Source of the DNA: Polyangiaceae bacterium | GTDB taxonomy: Bacteria; Myxococcota_A; Polyangia; Polyangiales; Polyangiaceae | Length of the DNA: 18,301 nt | Direction of reading: 5' to 3' | Assembly: GCA_044222475.1 (NCBI GenBank) | Contig: JBGANF010000150.1 | Location: 1-18,301, forward strand | In this document: piece by piece, positions 14,527 through 18,301 of the stretch | How the letters are laid out: the number at the start of each line of letters is the position of its first letter | How positions within the stretch are numbered: the stretch's first letter is position 1 | Program-made: the position numbers and the translations under genes | The notes under the pieces: model-generated | What the model was told of the DNA's origin: nothing | The model's database searches: none | What the model saw: only the letters and a program-made list of their open reading frames with translations

Positions 14527-16950
14527 ATGGACAAGAAGGCCCTCTCCGAGAGGGACATCTGCACCAAGTTCATCACCCCCGCGCTCGGCGCCGGGGGATG
14601 GGACGTGCACGTCCAGATCCGCGAGAACGTCCACCTCACCCAGGGCCGCGTCATCGTTCGCGGCAAGATGGTCACCCGCGGCAAGACCAAGTTCGCCGAC
14701 TACGTCCTCTACTTCAAACCCAACGTCCCCCTCGCCGTCCTCGAAGCCAAAGACAACAACCACCCCGTCGGCGGCGGCATGCAGCAAGCCCTCGAGTACG
14801 CCGAGATGCTCGATGCCCCGTTCGCCATCTCGTCCAACGGCGACGGCTTCCTCCTCCACGACCGCACCGGCCAAGGCCCCAAGGTCGAGCAGCTCCTCGA
14901 CCTCGACTCGTTCCCATCACCCGACGAGCTATGGCGACGCTACGCGGCGTGGAAGGGCCTCACCCCCGCGGCCGAAGCGATCGTCACGCAGGACTACCAC
15001 TCCGACGGCATCGAAAAGGCTCCCCGCTACTACCAGGTCAACGCGATCAACCGCGTCATCGAGGCCGTCGCCAAAGGTCAGAACCGCATCCTCCTCGTCA
15101 TGGCCACCGGCACCGGCAAGACGTACACGGCGTTCCAGATCATCTGGCGCCTCTGGAAGTCGGGCACCAAGAAACGCATCCTCTTCCTCGCCGACCGCAA
15201 CATCCTCATCGACCAGACCAAGACGAACGACTTCAAGCCGTTCGGCGGCGCGATGACGAAGATCACGAACCGCAAGGTCGACAAGTCGTTCGAGATCTAC
15301 CTCGCGCTCTACCAAGCGATCTCCGGCACCGACGAAGAGAGCGACATCTTCCGCCAGTTCTCGCCCGACTTCTTCGACCTCATCATCGTCGACGAGTGCC
15401 ACCGCGGCAGCGCCGCCGACGACTCCGCGTGGCGCGAGGTGCTCGACTACTTCAGCTCGGCCACGCAGCTCGGACTCACGGCAACGCCGAAAGAGACGAC
15501 CGACATCTCGACGACGCACTACTTCGGCGACCCGGTCTACACCTACTCGCTCAAGCAAGGCATCGAGGACGGGTTCCTCGCGCCGTACAAAGTCGTCCGC
15601 ATCGACCTCGACAAGGACGTCGCCGGATGGCGACCCGAGAAGGGCAAGGTCGACAAGCTCGGCCAGCCGATCGAAGACCGCATCTACAACCAGCGCGACT
15701 TCGACCGCACGATCGTGCTCGAGAAGCGGACCGAGCTCGTCGCCAAGAAGGTCACGCAGTTTCTCACCGAGACGAACCGCTTCGACAAGACGATCGTGTT
15801 CTGCGAGGACATCGACCACGCCGAGCGCATGCGTCAGGCACTCGTCAACGAGAACGGCGACCTCGCCGGCCAGAACCGCAAGTACGTCATGCGGATCACG
15901 GGCGACAACCCGGAGGGCAAGGCCGAGCTCGACAACTTCATCAACCCCGAAGAGCGCTACCCGGTCGTCGTCACGACCTCGAAGCTCATGACCACCGGCG
16001 TCGACGCGAAGACCTGCAAGGTCATCGTCCTCGATCAGACGATCCGCTCGATGACGGAGTTCAAGCAGATCATCGGCCGCGGCACCCGCATCGTGGAGGA
16101 CTACGGAAAGCTCTTCTTCACCATCATCGACTTCCGAAAGGCGACCGAGCTGTTCGCCGACCCCGGCTTCGACGGGGATCCCGTCCAGGTCTATCAACCT
16201 CCAGTCGAAGGTCCGATCGCGCCACCCGACGAGGACGATGGCACGGCGATCGACCCTGCGTCGCCGGTCGACGGCGGCGACGTCGGTCTCGACGGCGCAC
16301 CCACCGTCGGTGACTTCGGCGGCATCGACTCGCCCGGCGGCGGCGGCGCGGACGGTCAGGGCGGCGGCCGCGTGAAGTACATCGTCAACGACGTGCCCGT
16401 GTTCGTCGTCGCCGAGCGCGTGCAGTACTACGGCAAGGACGGCAAGCTCATCACCGAGTCCCTCCGCGAGTACTCGAAGAAGGCCATCCGCGAGCGGTTC
16501 GCGAACCTCGACTCGTTCCTCAAGACGTGGTCCGAGGCCGACCGCAAGGTCGCGATCATCAAGGAGCTCGAAGAGCACGGCGTCTTCTTCGACGAGCTCG
16601 CGCGCGAGGTCGGCAAAGACTTCTCGGCCTTCGATCTCATCTGCCACATCGCGTTCGACCAGCCGACGCTCACGCGACGCGAGCGCGCGAACAACGTCCG
16701 CAAGCGGAACTACTTCACCAAGTTCGGCGACGCCGCTCGCGCCGTGCTCGAGGCGCTCCTCGACAAGTTCGAGCGCGAAGGTGTAGACGACATCGAGAAC
16801 ATCCGCGTCCTCCAGGTACAGCCGATCGCGCAGCTCGGCACCCCCGTCGAGCTGGTCGACCGGTTCGGCGGCAAAGAGCCGTACCTGAAGGCCGTGCGCG
16901 ACCTCGAAGACGAGCTGTACGACGCAGACCAGGGACCCAAGAGCGCATGA
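14527..16950 (+). CDS. hsdR: Type I restriction enzyme R subunit, EcoAI/EcoEI (type IB-like) family, 807 aa
   Basis: MDKKALSERDICTKFITPAL start; nuclease motif ADYVL...LAVLEAK; Walker A MATGTGKT; DECHRGS; LTATP; QIIGRGTR; EcoEI_R_C-like C-terminus (FDLICHIAFDQPTLTRRERA). Confidence 0.95.
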   Translation: MDKKALSERDICTKFITPALGAGGWDVHVQIRENVHLTQGRVIVRGKMVTRGKTKFADYVLYFKPNVPLAVLEAKDNNHPVGGGMQQALEYAEMLDAPFAISSNGDGFLLHDRTGQGPKVEQLLDLDSFPSPDELWRRYAAWKGLTPAAEAIVTQDYHSDGIEKAPRYYQVNAINRVIEAVAKGQNRILLVMATGTGKTYTAFQIIWRLWKSGTKKRILFLADRNILIDQTKTNDFKPFGGAMTKITNRKVDKSFEIYLALYQAISGTDEESDIFRQFSPDFFDLIIVDECHRGSAADDSAWREVLDYFSSATQLGLTATPKETTDISTTHYFGDPVYTYSLKQGIEDGFLAPYKVVRIDLDKDVAGWRPEKGKVDKLGQPIEDRIYNQRDFDRTIVLEKRTELVAKKVTQFLTETNRFDKTIVFCEDIDHAERMRQALVNENGDLAGQNRKYVMRITGDNPEGKAELDNFINPEERYPVVVTTSKLMTTGVDAKTCKVIVLDQTIRSMTEFKQIIGRGTRIVEDYGKLFFTIIDFRKATELFADPGFDGDPVQVYQPPVEGPIAPPDEDDGTAIDPASPVDGGDVGLDGAPTVGDFGGIDSPGGGGADGQGGGRVKYIVNDVPVFVVAERVQYYGKDGKLITESLREYSKKAIRERFANLDSFLKTWSEADRKVAIIKELEEHGVFFDELAREVGKDFSAFDLICHIAFDQPTLTRRERANNVRKRNYFTKFGDAARAVLEALLDKFEREGVDDIENIRVLQVQPIAQLGTPVELVDRFGGKEPYLKAVRDLEDELYDADQGPKSA

Positions 16951-18301
16951 GCATCGGCACGACCATCAAGGGCATCCAGGACATCATGCGGAAGGACGCC
17001 GGCGTCGACGGCGACGCGCAGCGCATCAGCCAGCTCGTCTGGATGATCTTCCTCAAGGTGTTCGACGACCACGAGCGCCAACGCGAGCTCCTCGACGACG
17101 ACTACAAGAGCCCCATCCCCACCGCGCTGCGCTGGCGCACCTGGGCCAAGAACGCCGAAGGCATCACCGGCGACGAGCTCGCCGACTTCATCAACAACAA
17201 GCTCTTCAAGACGTTGAAGGAGCTGCCGGTGACCGGGAAGAACGCCGCGCTCGCCAGCGTCGTCCGCGGCGTCTTCGAGGACGCGTTCAACTACATGAAG
17301 AGCGGCACGCTCATTCGCCAGGTGGTGAACAAGCTCGAAGAGGTCGACTTCAACCGAACCTCCGACCGCCACGAGTTCGGCGACGTCTACGAGAAGCTCC
17401 TCTCCGACCTCCAGAACGCGGGCAACGCCGGTGAGTTCTACACCCCGCGCGCGGTGACGCAGTTCATGGTCGACCAGGTCGACCCGAAGCTCGGCGAGAA
17501 GGTCCTCGACCCGGCGTGCGGCACCGGCGGCTTCCTCACCTGCACGATCGACCATGTCCGCAAGAAGTACGTGAAGACGAGCGACGACGAAGAGATCCTC
17601 CAGAAGAGCATTCACGGCGTCGAGAAGAAGCCGCTCCCGCACCTTCTCTGCGTGACGAACATGTTGTTCCACGGCATCGAGGTGCCCTCGAACATCCGCC
17701 ACGACAACACGCTCGCCCGACCGCTGCGCGACTACGGCCCGAAGGATCGCGTCGACGTCGTCGTCACCAACCCGCCGTTCGGCGGCATGGAAGAGGACGG
17801 GATCGAGAACAACTTCCCGGCGACGTTCCGCACGCGCGAGACGGCCGACCTGTTTCTCGTCCTGCTCATGACGCTGCTGAAGGATGGCGGGCGCGCGGCG
17901 CTCGTCCTCCCCGACGGAACGCTCTCCGGCAAAGACGTCAAGACACGGATCAAGGAGAGGCTCCTCGAGGAGTGCAACCTTCAAACAATCGTGCGTCTAC
18001 CGAGCGGCGTGTTCAGTCCATATACCAACATCAGGACCAACGTCCTCTTCTTCACGAAGGGCGAGCCGACGAAGCACGTGTGGTTCTACGAGCACCCGTA
18101 CCCTGCGGGAGCGAAGAGCTACTCGAAGACGAAGCCCCTGCGCATCGAGGAGTTCGCCGCCGAGAAGAAGTGGTGGGGGAAGCGGAAAGAGACCGATCAG
18201 GCTTGGAAGGTCTCGATCGAAGACATCAAAGCGCGCGGCTACAACCTGGACATCAAGAACCCGAGAGCGCCGGACAACGGCCCCGGCGACGCCGATGAGC
18301 T
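16947..18301 (+). CDS. hsdM: Type I restriction-modification N6-adenine methyltransferase M subunit (partial, runs off the window)
   Basis: ATGA overlap with the hsdR stop. MSIGTTIKGIQDIMRKDAGVDGDAQRISQLVWMIFLK; AGEFYTPR; motif I DPACGTGGFL; motif IV NPPF. The frame is open to the window end and is absent from the ORF track only because there is no stop. Confidence 0.95.
   Translation, partial: MSIGTTIKGIQDIMRKDAGVDGDAQRISQLVWMIFLKVFDDHERQRELLDDDYKSPIPTALRWRTWAKNAEGITGDELADFINNKLFKTLKELPVTGKNAALASVVRGVFEDAFNYMKSGTLIRQVVNKLEEVDFNRTSDRHEFGDVYEKLLSDLQNAGNAGEFYTPRAVTQFMVDQVDPKLGEKVLDPACGTGGFLTCTIDHVRKKYVKTSDDEEILQKSIHGVEKKPLPHLLCVTNMLFHGIEVPSNIRHDNTLARPLRDYGPKDRVDVVVTNPPFGGMEEDGIENNFPATFRTRETADLFLVLLMTLLKDGGRAALVLPDGTLSGKDVKTRIKERLLEECNLQTIVRLPSGVFSPYTNIRTNVLFFTKGEPTKHVWFYEHPYPAGAKSYSKTKPLRIEEFAAEKKWWGKRKETDQAWKVSIEDIKARGYNLDIKNPRAPDNGPGDADE

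Noticed and set aside
16190..16372. Acidic Gly/Pro-rich stretch in HsdR, considered as an insertion or intein
   Set aside because: A variable low-complexity linker before the C-terminal domain is usual in EcoAI/EcoEI-type HsdR, and there are no intein terminal motifs.
17925..18035. DGR variable region in hsdM
   Set aside because: Apparent changes are not adenine-specific (many look like G>A or C>T), and no template repeat or reverse transcriptase is in the window.

Overview
GC-rich bacterial window, probably Myxococcota (Polyangiaceae-like; inferred from a MYXO-CTERM signal, a TIGR02996-like domain and codon usage). From left to right: the 3' end of an unknown gene; a minus-strand pair (TIGR02996/LRR protein, then a two-WGR + DUF4132 protein); a divergent alpha-glucan utilisation unit (one 1561-aa ORF with GH15 and CBM48-like/GH13 parts, then a LamB-like porin); a hairpin-rich accessory stretch with a stand-alone TIR gene and a DUF559 (Vsr-like) nuclease; and a type I restriction-modification locus of the EcoAI/EcoEI kind (complete hsdR, hsdM cut off by the window end). 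Top observations: (1) the large glycosidase ORF looks like a polyprotein with an internal MYXO-CTERM anchor followed by an internal lipoprotein signal, and a REP/REPIN-like palindromic element sits in frame between them; (2) two diverged copies of a structured ~100-nt element flank the TIR gene, and a ~160-nt hairpin covers the DUF559 ribosome-binding site; (3) tandem perfect palindromes overlap the predicted hsdR promoter; (4) a 37-codon patch of hsdM has atypical codons and residues. All calls were made by eye; no database searches or folding programs were run.
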